Position numbers and translations under genes: made by a program. The notes under the pieces are model-generated. The model did no database searches and was not told the DNA's origin. It saw only the letters and a list, made by a program, of their open reading frames with translations. From Candidatus Zhuqueibacterota bacterium (lineage in GTDB: Bacteria > Zhuqueibacterota > Zhuqueibacteria > Oleimicrobiales > Geothermoviventaceae), in assembly GCA_034506315.1 (NCBI GenBank), contig JAPDPT010000009.1, positions 6,745 to 70,744 on the forward strand: 64,000 nucleotides of DNA, given 5' to 3'. This document shows, in pieces, positions 26,224 to 35,119 of the stretch (the first letter of the stretch is position 1; the number at the start of each line of letters is the position of its first letter).

Positions 26224-27285
26224 ATGGTGAAGGGGAAGCTGCCCGAACTGGGAAAAGTGGACTTGCACTTCTTTCAAGAAGTCATCTATCCGCATCTCGG
26301 GGCTAAGGATCCCACCGTCATTTTAGGGCCGACCCACGGGGTCGACTTCGGCGTGGTAGACCTCGGCGACAAGGTAATGGTCACGTCGGCCGACCCGGTT
26401 TACATTGCGCCCGCCCTGGGGTGGGAGAGGGCCGCCTGGTTCGCCTTGCACATCCTGGCCAGCGACGTGGCCGTTAGCGGGATCCGTCCCCGTTATCTGA
26501 GCATTGATTTAAACCTCCCGCCGGAGATGGATGAGGACGTGCTGCGCATCATCTGGCATACGCTCCACAGGGAGGCAGAGAAGCTGGGGATCGCCATCGT
26601 CAGTGGGCACACGGCGCGTTACGCCGGCTGTACGTATCCCATGGTAGGCGGAGCGACCGTCATCGGCGTGGATGATCGCCGCAAGCTGGTGGACCCACGC
26701 TCGGTTCGGCCTGGCGATCTGGTCATTGTTACCAAAGGGCCAGCCATCGAGACCACGGGGCTGATGTCGGTCCAGTTCCCGGAGTTTATTGAGGAGCGAT
26801 TTGGGCCGGAAGCCGTGGAAGAGGCGCAGGGGATCTTTTACCAGATGACCGTGGTTCACGATTGCGCTATCCTCTCGGAGGTGGGAGGAGTCCACGCGAT
26901 GCACGACGCCACAGAATGCGGGGTGTGGGGTGCCCTGTCCGAAATGGCGGAAGCGGGCGGTTGGGGGCTCCGTGTCTGGCCGGAGCGGATTGTTGTGCAG
27001 GAGATCGTCTCCAAGACCTGTGAGGTCTTTGACATCGATCCCTTCAAAGCGATCAGCGAGGGCACTCTGGTCGCTGTCGTGAGCCCACCGAAAGCGGAGG
27101 AAGCCGTAGAAGCCCTCCAGCGAGAGGGGATTCAGGCCAGCGTCGTCGGGGAGGTAATCCCGCGCGAGGAAGGGACCTGGCTCGTTTACCGCGACCGAAA
27201 GGAGCCGCTCCTCCACCCGAAGGTCGATCCGTTCTGGCTCCGCTTCGAGGAGTACCTACAGAAGCAGAGGCAGAGGATGGCTTGA
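26224..27285 (+). CDS. AIR-synthase-related (PurM/HypE/ThiL-like) ATP-binding protein of unknown function
   Basis: GVDFGVV, SADP, ASDVAVSG, SGHT, PGDLVIVTK, AMHDATECG and ISEGTL motifs. Confidence 0.85.
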   Translation: MVKGKLPELGKVDLHFFQEVIYPHLGAKDPTVILGPTHGVDFGVVDLGDKVMVTSADPVYIAPALGWERAAWFALHILASDVAVSGIRPRYLSIDLNLPPEMDEDVLRIIWHTLHREAEKLGIAIVSGHTARYAGCTYPMVGGATVIGVDDRRKLVDPRSVRPGDLVIVTKGPAIETTGLMSVQFPEFIEERFGPEAVEEAQGIFYQMTVVHDCAILSEVGGVHAMHDATECGVWGALSEMAEAGGWGLRVWPERIVVQEIVSKTCEVFDIDPFKAISEGTLVAVVSPPKAEEAVEALQREGIQASVVGEVIPREEGTWLVYRDRKEPLLHPKVDPFWLRFEEYLQKQRQRMA

Positions 27286-27324
27286 AGGCGCGTGCGGTGC
27301 TGAGATCACGACCAGGCTGGCGCC

Positions 27325-29085
27325 ATGGCTGACCGTCTGTCGACTAACAGGGTCTCGGAACAGCTTGAGGCCATCAAGCGGGAGGTGAGCGAATCCCGCA
27401 ACCTGGCGGGACTCTACCGCGCCGTGGCGATGGGCCTGGCCGACTTGTTCCAGGCCCGCCGGGTCCTGATGCTGCACGAGGTGGAGTGTCAAGACGGTCT
27501 GCGTCCCGTGTTCGCCTGGCCGGAGGAACCCCTCGGGCTGTGGTCCACCCTTCAGATACCCGCAAGCGACCCCCTCTATTGTGCCCTTCTGGAGGCCGGG
27601 GAACCGGCCATTCTCTTTGCGTCGCTAGTGCCGCGGCTCCAGGAGCAAAAGTCCCGGTCGCTTGAGCTTCTGAGCAGGATCGCCCCCTGGGACTATGCGA
27701 TCCCCATCGGCCGGGAAAAATACCTGGCGGCCGCTGTTTTCTTGGCCGGCAGCCGGCGCAGACCGGATCCGAAAGGGAAGCTGGCCGCGGAGCTGGAGCA
27801 CCTGGCCGACGTCGTTTCCTATGCCCTCATGGCCATGCTGACCATGGAGCGCCTCCAGCGCGAAGCCAAAGAGAAGGCGAAGCTGGTGGAGGTTGGTAAG
27901 CGCATCAGCGCTTCCCTCAACGTGGAGGACGTGCTCCACGGCATTGTCGAGGCGGTCCGGGAGGTCGTCCCTTGCGATCACGCGGCGGTCTTCCTCCTCG
28001 ATCAGGACAAAGGCGAGCTGCGGCACGCGGTGTATCAGGGAATCGCCGAACGGGTACCGGAGGATTTCCGGCTCAAGGTGGGCCAGGGGTTGGTGGGCTG
28101 GGTGGCGATCACCGGTCAGCCGGTGCTTATTCGAGACGTGAGGAACGACAGCCGCTACCTGCGGTTCTTCGAGGATTCGCGGGCGGAACTGGACGTTCCG
28201 ATCAAACGCGGAGAGCGGGTGCTCGGGGTGATCAGCCTGGAGTCACGGCAGCCCGGGGCCTTCAACGAGCATCACCTCGAGCTTCTGCAGGCCTTCGCGG
28301 GCCAGGCGGCGGTGGCCATCGAAAACGCCCTTCTCCTGGACGAGCTGGTGGAAAAAAGACGCCTCGAGCAGGAGCTCATCATCGCCCGGGAGGTGCAGAA
28401 GGCGCTCCTTCCCCGCAGTATGCCGCGGATCCGTGGCTATCGCTTTTCCGCGATCACCATCCCGAGCGGGATGGTCGGCGGCGATCTGTACGATACGGTT
28501 GAGTTCGGCGACGGGACCGTCGCCCTCGCCATCGGTGACGTGGCCGGTAAAGGCACCCCTGGCGCCATCCTGATGGCCACCCTCTATTCGACCTATCGGG
28601 GCCTGCTGCGAAAGGGCTTTGCGCCCCGGAAGCTGATGCGTATCCTCAACAACCTCCTCGTCGAAAGGCTCGACACCGAGAGTTTCGCCACCTTGTTCCT
28701 CTCGGTTCTCTCGCCTCGCGAAAAGCGCCTCCGCTATTGCAACGCCGGGCACAATCCCCCGCTCTGGATCCGGGCCGACGGGACGGTCAGAAAACTCTCC
28801 GAGGGAGGCCCAGTGCTTGGATTTGTCCCCAATCTTCGCTATGCTGACACGCACATTACGCTGGGTCCGGGCGACATCATCGTTATGTACACCGATGGCG
28901 TGACCGAGGCGGCCAATGCCTCCGAAGAGCTGTTCGGCGAGGAGAGGCTGATGCAGCTGGCCGTGTCCTATCGTCACCTGGATCCCCGGCGACTGCGAGA
29001 CCGCATCGTGCAAGCTGTGCAGGAATTCCGAGGGCAAGCTTCCCTCGAAGATGATCTCACGTTGCTGATCGTGAAAGTCCAGTAG
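27325..29085 (+). CDS. GAF-domain PP2C/SpoIIE (RsbU-like) serine phosphatase
   Basis: GAF (GQGLVGWVA..VRNDSRY..ELDVPI); PP2C motifs VGGDLYD, GDVAGKG, NAGHNPP, YTDGVTEA, DDLT. Confidence 0.92.
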   Translation: MADRLSTNRVSEQLEAIKREVSESRNLAGLYRAVAMGLADLFQARRVLMLHEVECQDGLRPVFAWPEEPLGLWSTLQIPASDPLYCALLEAGEPAILFASLVPRLQEQKSRSLELLSRIAPWDYAIPIGREKYLAAAVFLAGSRRRPDPKGKLAAELEHLADVVSYALMAMLTMERLQREAKEKAKLVEVGKRISASLNVEDVLHGIVEAVREVVPCDHAAVFLLDQDKGELRHAVYQGIAERVPEDFRLKVGQGLVGWVAITGQPVLIRDVRNDSRYLRFFEDSRAELDVPIKRGERVLGVISLESRQPGAFNEHHLELLQAFAGQAAVAIENALLLDELVEKRRLEQELIIAREVQKALLPRSMPRIRGYRFSAITIPSGMVGGDLYDTVEFGDGTVALAIGDVAGKGTPGAILMATLYSTYRGLLRKGFAPRKLMRILNNLLVERLDTESFATLFLSVLSPREKRLRYCNAGHNPPLWIRADGTVRKLSEGGPVLGFVPNLRYADTHITLGPGDIIVMYTDGVTEAANASEELFGEERLMQLAVSYRHLDPRRLRDRIVQAVQEFRGQASLEDDLTLLIVKVQ

Positions 29086-29096
29086 AGGCGTGAGCA

Positions 29097-29735
29097 ATGG
29101 TCTTGAAACTTCGCTATTACGGAGATCCGGTCCTGCGACGTCCTACCACCAATGTGGACCTGGCGGAACTCCGATCGGAAGCCTTCCAGGCTTTTCTCGA
29201 CGACCTGGTCGAGACGATGCACGCGGAAGATGGTGTGGGGCTGGCAGCTCCCCAGGTCGGCAGCGATAAGCGCGTATGTGTTGCCAGCGACGGAGAGAAA
29301 GTCCACGTCCTGATCAACCCTCGTATCCGGGGGCGAAGTATCCAGATGGAGGAAGATGCCGAGGGGTGCCTGAGCCTCCCGGGCTTGCAAGCGCAGGTGC
29401 CGCGACACACCCGGGTGATCGTCGAAGCCCTCGATCCCCAGGGCAATCCCCTTGAGCTGCGGGCGAAAGGCCTCTTTGCCCGCGTTCTGCAGCACGAGAT
29501 CGATCATCTGAACGGGGTCCTCTACATCGATCGGGCTGAGCCGGGGACCCTCGTGTGGCTGCGCAAAGACGAGCGGGACACCATCGAAAAAGTACCTGCC
29601 CAGCTTGCAGAGGTAAAGCGGGCTTTCGCCACCCGCTACCACGAGGGGAAAAAGCTGGCTGAATTGGTGTTCGATCCGCCCCGGATCACCGCAACGACCG
29701 CCTCGCACGGAGGGTCCGATGAGCGAGGAGGTTGA
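29097..29735 (+). CDS. def: peptide deformylase with a C-terminal extension
   Basis: GVGLAAPQVG, EGCLS and QHEIDHL motifs. Confidence 0.96.
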   Translation: MVLKLRYYGDPVLRRPTTNVDLAELRSEAFQAFLDDLVETMHAEDGVGLAAPQVGSDKRVCVASDGEKVHVLINPRIRGRSIQMEEDAEGCLSLPGLQAQVPRHTRVIVEALDPQGNPLELRAKGLFARVLQHEIDHLNGVLYIDRAEPGTLVWLRKDERDTIEKVPAQLAEVKRAFATRYHEGKKLAELVFDPPRITATTASHGGSDERGG

Positions 29736-30237
29736 CGCGAGGATTTCTTCCGCAGCCGTGGACGCGGCCGTGGGCTTGGAGGAGCACGGACGGCTGCTCT
29801 ATCTTCGTCTGGCAGAGCTCATGTCCGATCCGATAAGCCAGCAGATGTTTGGCAAGCTGGCCGAGGACGAGCGGCAGCACGGCGAGATCCTGCGCCAGGG
29901 GCGATCCGAGCTCGTCCCGACCTTGGATCCCGCGCGCCTCGATTGGGTTGTGGACGGTTCTGCTCGCTCGCCATCCCCTGTGTCATCCCTGCTCAGCGGG
30001 GCATCGGAGGCGATGATCGCCGCCGGCCACTCACGCTGCTGCTCTGAGTTAGACGCCATCGCCATCGCCGTAGTCCTGGAGCTTGCTTCCATTCGCTCCT
30101 ACGCGGACCTCCTACGCGTCTGCCAGTCCGACGCGGCGCGCCTGACCCTTCGGAGACTCCTCGAGGAGGAGGAGAAGCACTTTGAGATCCTGGGGCGCCG
30201 AGCGCAGCAAGTGTTCCGAGACTTGAGCCTCGCGTAG
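29719..30237 (+). CDS. ferritin-like/rubrerythrin-family protein
   Basis: EEHGRLLY..EDERQH and ELASIRSY..EEEKH paired diiron-type motifs. Confidence 0.75.
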   Translation: MSEEVDARISSAAVDAAVGLEEHGRLLYLRLAELMSDPISQQMFGKLAEDERQHGEILRQGRSELVPTLDPARLDWVVDGSARSPSPVSSLLSGASEAMIAAGHSRCCSELDAIAIAVVLELASIRSYADLLRVCQSDAARLTLRRLLEEEEKHFEILGRRAQQVFRDLSLA

Positions 30238-30351
30238 GGTGGGGCATCGGGTCTGCACCCTGTCCCTGAGAGGCTGATTCCCGGCGACACAGGTTGAACA
30301 CGGAGACGGCAATCTCACAGGAGCCAGAAACGGGCCAGCGGGAGGACGAAT

Positions 30352-31335
30352 ATGGGCGAAGTAATCCCGGCAAATCTGAACAATTACCCGCGGATCGGCG
30401 ACGAGCCGGAGCAGCAGAAGCTGCGTCGGACGATTGCTGCGCTCGACCGAGGCGAGGCCACTCCCGATGATCTCGCGCGTGTTCAGGACGAGGTAACGGA
30501 GGAGGTGATCCGGGAGCAGGTCCAGGCCGGGATACGGCTGGTGACCGATGGGCAGATCCGATGGGATGACCCCATTACCTACTTCGCCCGATCTCTGGGC
30601 GGGGTGAGGATCGCGGGCCTCGTCCGTTTTTTCGACACGAACACCTACTTCCGCCAGCCCGTTGTGGAGGGGCCCATCGAATGGAAAGGCCCTGTGTTGG
30701 TGCGTGACCTCCGTTTTGCCCAGAGCCGGAGCCCCGTCCCCGTAAAAGCCGTGGTGCCGGGCCCCTACACCTTGGCTCGTCTCTCCGTGGACCAGTTCTA
30801 CGGTGACCTCTCCGCCATGACGATGGCGTACGCGGAGGCGGTGCTGCACGAGGTGGAAGAGCTGATCGCCGCCGGCGCGCCCGTGGTGCAGATCGACGAG
30901 CCGTCGCTCGTCCGACATCCGGACGGGGTAGATTCGGCTCTGGCGGCGCTGTCCCGGCTTGCGGAGATCGACCGGCCGCAAGGGGTAAAACTGGGCGTCC
31001 TGATCTACTGGGGGCATCTTGGCGAGCGGCTCCAGCGTCTGCTCGACCTGCCTTTCGACTTCTACGGCCTCGACTTCGTGGAGGGGAGTCAGGATATTGA
31101 CTATCTCCGGAACAAGAGGCTGGATGGGAGGGGCTTGGGGATTGGGCTCGTCAACGGCCGGAACACGCGGTTAGAACGCCCCGAGGAGCTTGCACGCCGG
31201 GTGCGGGAAATCCGTGACCTCTCCGGTTTCCAAATCGGGTATCTGCAGCCAAACTGTGGGCTGGAATTGCTTCCTCGCGCCACGGCCCGTCGGAAACTGG
31301 AGATCATCGCCGAGGCCGTAGATTTGCTCAGGTAG
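30352..31335 (+). CDS. cobalamin-independent methionine synthase N-terminal-half homologue (split MetE, non-catalytic part)
   Basis: NYPRIG, QAGIRLVTDG, FFDTNTYFRQP, PGPYT, QIDEP and QPNCGLELLP; the HxC zinc ligands are absent. Confidence 0.75.
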   Translation: MGEVIPANLNNYPRIGDEPEQQKLRRTIAALDRGEATPDDLARVQDEVTEEVIREQVQAGIRLVTDGQIRWDDPITYFARSLGGVRIAGLVRFFDTNTYFRQPVVEGPIEWKGPVLVRDLRFAQSRSPVPVKAVVPGPYTLARLSVDQFYGDLSAMTMAYAEAVLHEVEELIAAGAPVVQIDEPSLVRHPDGVDSALAALSRLAEIDRPQGVKLGVLIYWGHLGERLQRLLDLPFDFYGLDFVEGSQDIDYLRNKRLDGRGLGIGLVNGRNTRLERPEELARRVREIRDLSGFQIGYLQPNCGLELLPRATARRKLEIIAEAVDLLR

Positions 31336-31435
31336 AAAGCGGGCTGGCCTGTCGCGGTAGCGGATTCGGCGGCCAGCTGACAGCGCCGGGCACGGAGGCA
31401 CACCGAAGGACAATCGTATCGTTGAGGAGATGCTT

Positions 31436-32407
31436 ATGGCCCTTCTCACCACAACCGTAGGGAGTTTCCCGAAGCCCGAGTACCTGACCAAGGCCCGAAC
31501 GGCCTTCTCGCGCGGTCAGATCAGCCGAGATGAGCTCCGGCAGAAAGAGGAGCAAGCGACCCGGGAGTGTATCGCCCTCCAGGAGAGATTGGGGCTGGAC
31601 ATCCTGGTCGACGGCGAAATGTATCGGGGGGACATGGCCACCTACTTCGCGGAGCATTTGGAGGGGTTCCGCATCAGCGGGCTCGTCCGCAGCTACGGAA
31701 ACCGCTACTACCGCAAGCCGATCATCGTGGGTCCTGTGCGCTGGCGTGGGCCTATTACCGTGGAGTGGTTTCGCTTCGCCCAGAGCCTGACCCAGAAGCC
31801 GGTGAAGGCGATCCTGACCGGGCCCTACACAATGATGGACTGGTCCTTTGACGAGTTCTACGCCTCGCGTAGGGAGGCCGCTCTGGATCTGGCGCACGCC
31901 CTCCACGAGGAGGTGCTCGCCTTGAAAGAAGCCGGGGCGCGTTATTTCCAGATCGACGAACCGGCCATTTCCACCCGCCCGGAGGAGATCGATCTGGCCC
32001 TCGAGACGATGCGAATCGTGACTGCTGGACTGGAGGGCTGCAAGACCATCACCCACATCTGCTACGGCGAATTCGACAAGATCTACCCCCGTATGCTCGA
32101 CCTGGCCGTGGACCAGATCGATCTCGAAATGTCCAATAGCGGCTTCGACATGCTGCAACTGTTTCGCACCCATCCCTTCCGCAAGGAGATCGGGCTCGGG
32201 GTGATCGACGTCCACACCCACGTCGTGGAAGATGTCGACACCGTGGTTCGCCGCATCGAAATGGCCCTGGAGGTTTTCCGGCCAGAGCAGGTGTACGTCG
32301 ACCCGGATTGCGGGCTGAAAACGCGCACCCCGGAGGAGGCGGAAGCGAAGCTCCGGGTGATGGTGGAGGCCAGAGATCAGGTGCGAGCAAGGCTTGGCTT
32401 GAGCTGA
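31436..32407 (+). CDS. metE: cobalamin-independent methionine synthase catalytic core (split MetE C-half)
   Basis: TTTVGSFPK, LVDGEMYRGDM, RSYGNRYYRKP, QIDEPA; zinc ligands THIC, DLEM and DPDCGLKTR. Confidence 0.88.
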   Translation: MALLTTTVGSFPKPEYLTKARTAFSRGQISRDELRQKEEQATRECIALQERLGLDILVDGEMYRGDMATYFAEHLEGFRISGLVRSYGNRYYRKPIIVGPVRWRGPITVEWFRFAQSLTQKPVKAILTGPYTMMDWSFDEFYASRREAALDLAHALHEEVLALKEAGARYFQIDEPAISTRPEEIDLALETMRIVTAGLEGCKTITHICYGEFDKIYPRMLDLAVDQIDLEMSNSGFDMLQLFRTHPFRKEIGLGVIDVHTHVVEDVDTVVRRIEMALEVFRPEQVYVDPDCGLKTRTPEEAEAKLRVMVEARDQVRARLGLS

Positions 32408-32609
32408 GGGAGTCGCGCTCCGCCCGGACCCGTAGAGGCCGGGGGTCAATGCGGAGCGGCGATCCGGGGGCTCGCACGGGAGGGGGAGGCTCCTGCCAGG
32501 AGCAACCAGGGGCAGGCGGGCAAGGCCGTTCGGTCTATTTGCTGCCTCAACCGGCGAAACCAAGCCCTCCGTAGATCATTGAATCCTTCCTGAGAGGAGC
32601 CCGCTGTCG

Positions 32610-32638
32610 TTGCACGCGTGCGGAAGAAGAACTATCTT
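32610..32638 (+). promoter_or_regulatory. sigma-70 promoter for feoAB
   Basis: TTGCAC, 17 bp, TATCTT; palindrome GCACGCGTGC (32612-21) overlaps the -35. Confidence 0.5.
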
Positions 32639-32679
32639 ATACGTCCGCGTTTGAGAGCGGGAACAAGGGAGTACGGGCG

Positions 32680-32919
32680 GTGCACGTTCCGATGAGTCTG
32701 TTTCAAGTTCACGCGGGCAAGACCGTCCGCGTCACAGACGTGACAGGTGGATGGGGTATCCGCAGACGCCTCGCACAGCTCGGGATCCTTCCGGGGACCA
32801 GGCTGCGCGTGGTAAGTCAGGGCGCGTTCGGTGGTCCCCTGCTGGTGGACATCGATGGGCGTGTGGTGGCCCTGGGTCGGGGGATCGCGGAGCGCGTTCT
32901 GGTGAGGCCTGAGGAATGA
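32680..32919 (+). CDS. feoA: ferrous iron transport protein A
   Basis: RRRLAQLGILPG, GGPLLV, VALGRGIAERVLV; ATGA overlap with feoB. Confidence 0.93.
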   Translation: MHVPMSLFQVHAGKTVRVTDVTGGWGIRRRLAQLGILPGTRLRVVSQGAFGGPLLVDIDGRVVALGRGIAERVLVRPEE

Positions 32920-34832
32920 CGATCGCGCTGGCTGGCCAACCTAATGCCGGCAAGAGCACGATTTTCAACCAAATCGCGGGGGTCCGAGCGGTCGCGGCCA
33001 ATTTCCCGGGGACGACCGTCAAGTACAGCCGCAGCCAGGTACGCATCGGAAACGAAACCTGCACCTGTGTCGACCTCCCGGGTACCTACTCCCTGCAGGC
33101 CATGGACCTTGCCGAAGCGGAGGCGCGCTCCTTCCTCCTCTCGGGCGAGGTGGACGTGATCGTAAATGTGGTGGACGCGTCGCTGCTCCACCGCAGCCTG
33201 GAATTCACACTGGAGCTCCTGGAGCTGGAAATCCCCATGGTCGTCTGCCTCAATATGATGGACGAGGCAGCGCGCAAGGGAATGCACATCGATACAGACA
33301 AGCTCTCGCGTCTCCTCGGCGTGCCCGTGGTCGCCACCGTGGCGCGGACAGGTCAGGGAATCCGGGAATTGTTTCTCGAAACCATTCGGCAGGGCCAGAG
33401 CGGGCGTCGCCCCTCGCCACCCAGGTACGGTCGCGACTTGGAAGAAGCCATTCAGGCCCTCCTCTCGGTGATGGAGCCTGGGGATCGCAACCCACATGTG
33501 CCTCAGCGTTTCCTTGCTGTGAAGCTCCTGGAAGATGACCCCTTCCTGGCGCGTCAGATGCGGGAGTTGATCGACCGCATCCAGCCCGTCCTTTCCCAGA
33601 TCCGGAGCGCGCTGGAGCAGAAGACAGGCAGGCCGGCAGAAGATCAGGTGAGGGTAGAACGACACGCCCTCGCTACCCATGTCTTCGAGCAGGCAGTCAA
33701 GGTCGCAAGGCCCTTCTCCGATGTACGGCACCGGGTCGACGCAGTGGCCACCCATCCCTATCTCGGCTACCTGATTCTCGGGATGGTCGTCTACGGGGTC
33801 TTTTTCACCGTTTTCCGCGTCGGGAGCCTTCTGGAAGGGCCTCTGCTCTCAGCATTCGACGCTCTGCGCGCGGCCACCCGGACTTCTCTCTCAGGATCGC
33901 CTTTCCTGTCCATGGCCGCGGACGGACTGTTGCAGGGCCTTGCTGGAGGCGCCGGGATCGTTTTTCCCTACCTGATCCCGTTCCTCTTGTTGCTCTCGCT
34001 CCTGGAAGATGTGGGCTACCTGCCCCGAGCAGCCGTGCTGATGGACGCCTTCTTTCATCGGCTCGGTCTTCACGGAAAGGCGATCATCCCCTTCGTTCTG
34101 GGGTACGGGTGCAACGTGCCGGCTGTGATGGCCACCCGCATCCTGGACACCAAGCGCGATCGGATTGTGTCCGGTATCCTCTCCACGATGATCCCCTGCT
34201 CGGCTCGGACGGCCATTGTGTTTGGGCTCTTGGCCTATTTCGTAGGCCCCTGGGCCGCGGTGTTTGTCTACGCACTGAATCTGGTGGTAATCGCGACCCT
34301 TGGACGGATCGCTTCCTCTTTACTCCCGGCTACAAGCCCCGGGCTGATCCTGGAAATTCCCCCCTACCGCTGGCCGTCCTTGCGGTTGCTCGGACTGAAG
34401 TCGTGGCTGCGCCTGCGGGAGTTCATCACCTTGGCCTGGCCTCTCCTGATTGGGGGGAGTCTGGTGCTGAGCCTGATCGACTATTTTCAATGGCGGATCG
34501 TCCTGGATCAGATCTTCTCGCCCTTCACCGCGTTACTCGGCCTGCCGGCCGCCGCGGGCACGACCCTCGTCTTCGGGATCCTGCGGAAAGAGCTTTCGCT
34601 CCTGATGCTGATTCAGGCGCTGGGCACCCCGCAGCTGAATACCGTCCTCTCTCCTCTGCAGATGCTGACCTTCACGGTGTTCGTGCTCTTCTATTTCCCC
34701 TGCGTCTCCACCCTTGCAGCCTTGATTCGGGAGATCGGGACGCGCTGGGCCCTAGCGGCCGTAGCGTTGACGACATTAGTTGCCACGATCCTCGCCCTTG
34801 CCGTTCGAACGTTTGGTGCCTTGCTTCTATAG
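32916..34832 (+). CDS. feoB: ferrous iron transport protein B
   Basis: GTPase motifs GQPNAGKS, NFPGTTV, DLPGTYSL and NMMD; membrane domain LEDVGYLPR, GCNVPA, IPCSAR. Confidence 0.96.
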   Translation: MTIALAGQPNAGKSTIFNQIAGVRAVAANFPGTTVKYSRSQVRIGNETCTCVDLPGTYSLQAMDLAEAEARSFLLSGEVDVIVNVVDASLLHRSLEFTLELLELEIPMVVCLNMMDEAARKGMHIDTDKLSRLLGVPVVATVARTGQGIRELFLETIRQGQSGRRPSPPRYGRDLEEAIQALLSVMEPGDRNPHVPQRFLAVKLLEDDPFLARQMRELIDRIQPVLSQIRSALEQKTGRPAEDQVRVERHALATHVFEQAVKVARPFSDVRHRVDAVATHPYLGYLILGMVVYGVFFTVFRVGSLLEGPLLSAFDALRAATRTSLSGSPFLSMAADGLLQGLAGGAGIVFPYLIPFLLLLSLLEDVGYLPRAAVLMDAFFHRLGLHGKAIIPFVLGYGCNVPAVMATRILDTKRDRIVSGILSTMIPCSARTAIVFGLLAYFVGPWAAVFVYALNLVVIATLGRIASSLLPATSPGLILEIPPYRWPSLRLLGLKSWLRLREFITLAWPLLIGGSLVLSLIDYFQWRIVLDQIFSPFTALLGLPAAAGTTLVFGILRKELSLLMLIQALGTPQLNTVLSPLQMLTFTVFVLFYFPCVSTLAALIREIGTRWALAAVALTTLVATILALAVRTFGALLL

Positions 34833-35058
34833 GCCATGTCTGAACCCGAGCGGCCTGGGGATCTGGCTTGCGGACCAAGCCGGCCACCGGAGTCCGCTGT
34901 GCGGAACGCCCCTCTGCCCAGGGGCCATCGTGAGGCGAGGAGGCTGGTCCGTTCGCGGGCCGCGCGAAAAAGGTCTGCGCGGGATCGCCGTGATCGTGGC
35001 AGAAGGTAGAGCGATTAGGAGGTGGGGCGATGGTTCCGGAAGCCTCTGGCGTCGGCTG

Positions 35059-35087
35059 TTGACATTCCGGGCCGATTTGGGTATATT
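35059..35087 (+). promoter_or_regulatory. strong sigma-70 promoter for polX
   Basis: TTGACA, 17 bp, TATATT; followed by the palindrome CTCGGTG-TT-CACCGAG (35089-35104). Confidence 0.7.
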
Positions 35088-35119
35088 GCTCGGTGTTCAC
35101 CGAGGTAGGAGGGAGGGTG

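Noticed and set aside
26224-27285. Selenophosphate synthetase SelD
   Set aside because: It lacks the N-terminal Cys/Sec-x-x-Lys and DFFTP-type SelD motifs.
30238-30351. SAM or cobalamin riboswitch upstream of the metE pair
   Set aside because: The 114-bp gap has no SAM-I or B12-box consensus.
31401-31413. Glycine-riboswitch-like CACCGAAGGACAA between the metE halves
   Set aside because: No CTCAGG 3' element and no room for the aptamer.
35026-35068. Fluoride-riboswitch-like GGCGATGG...GCTGTTGAC
   Set aside because: P1 and the pseudoknot do not pair; the TTGACA is better explained as the polX -35 box.
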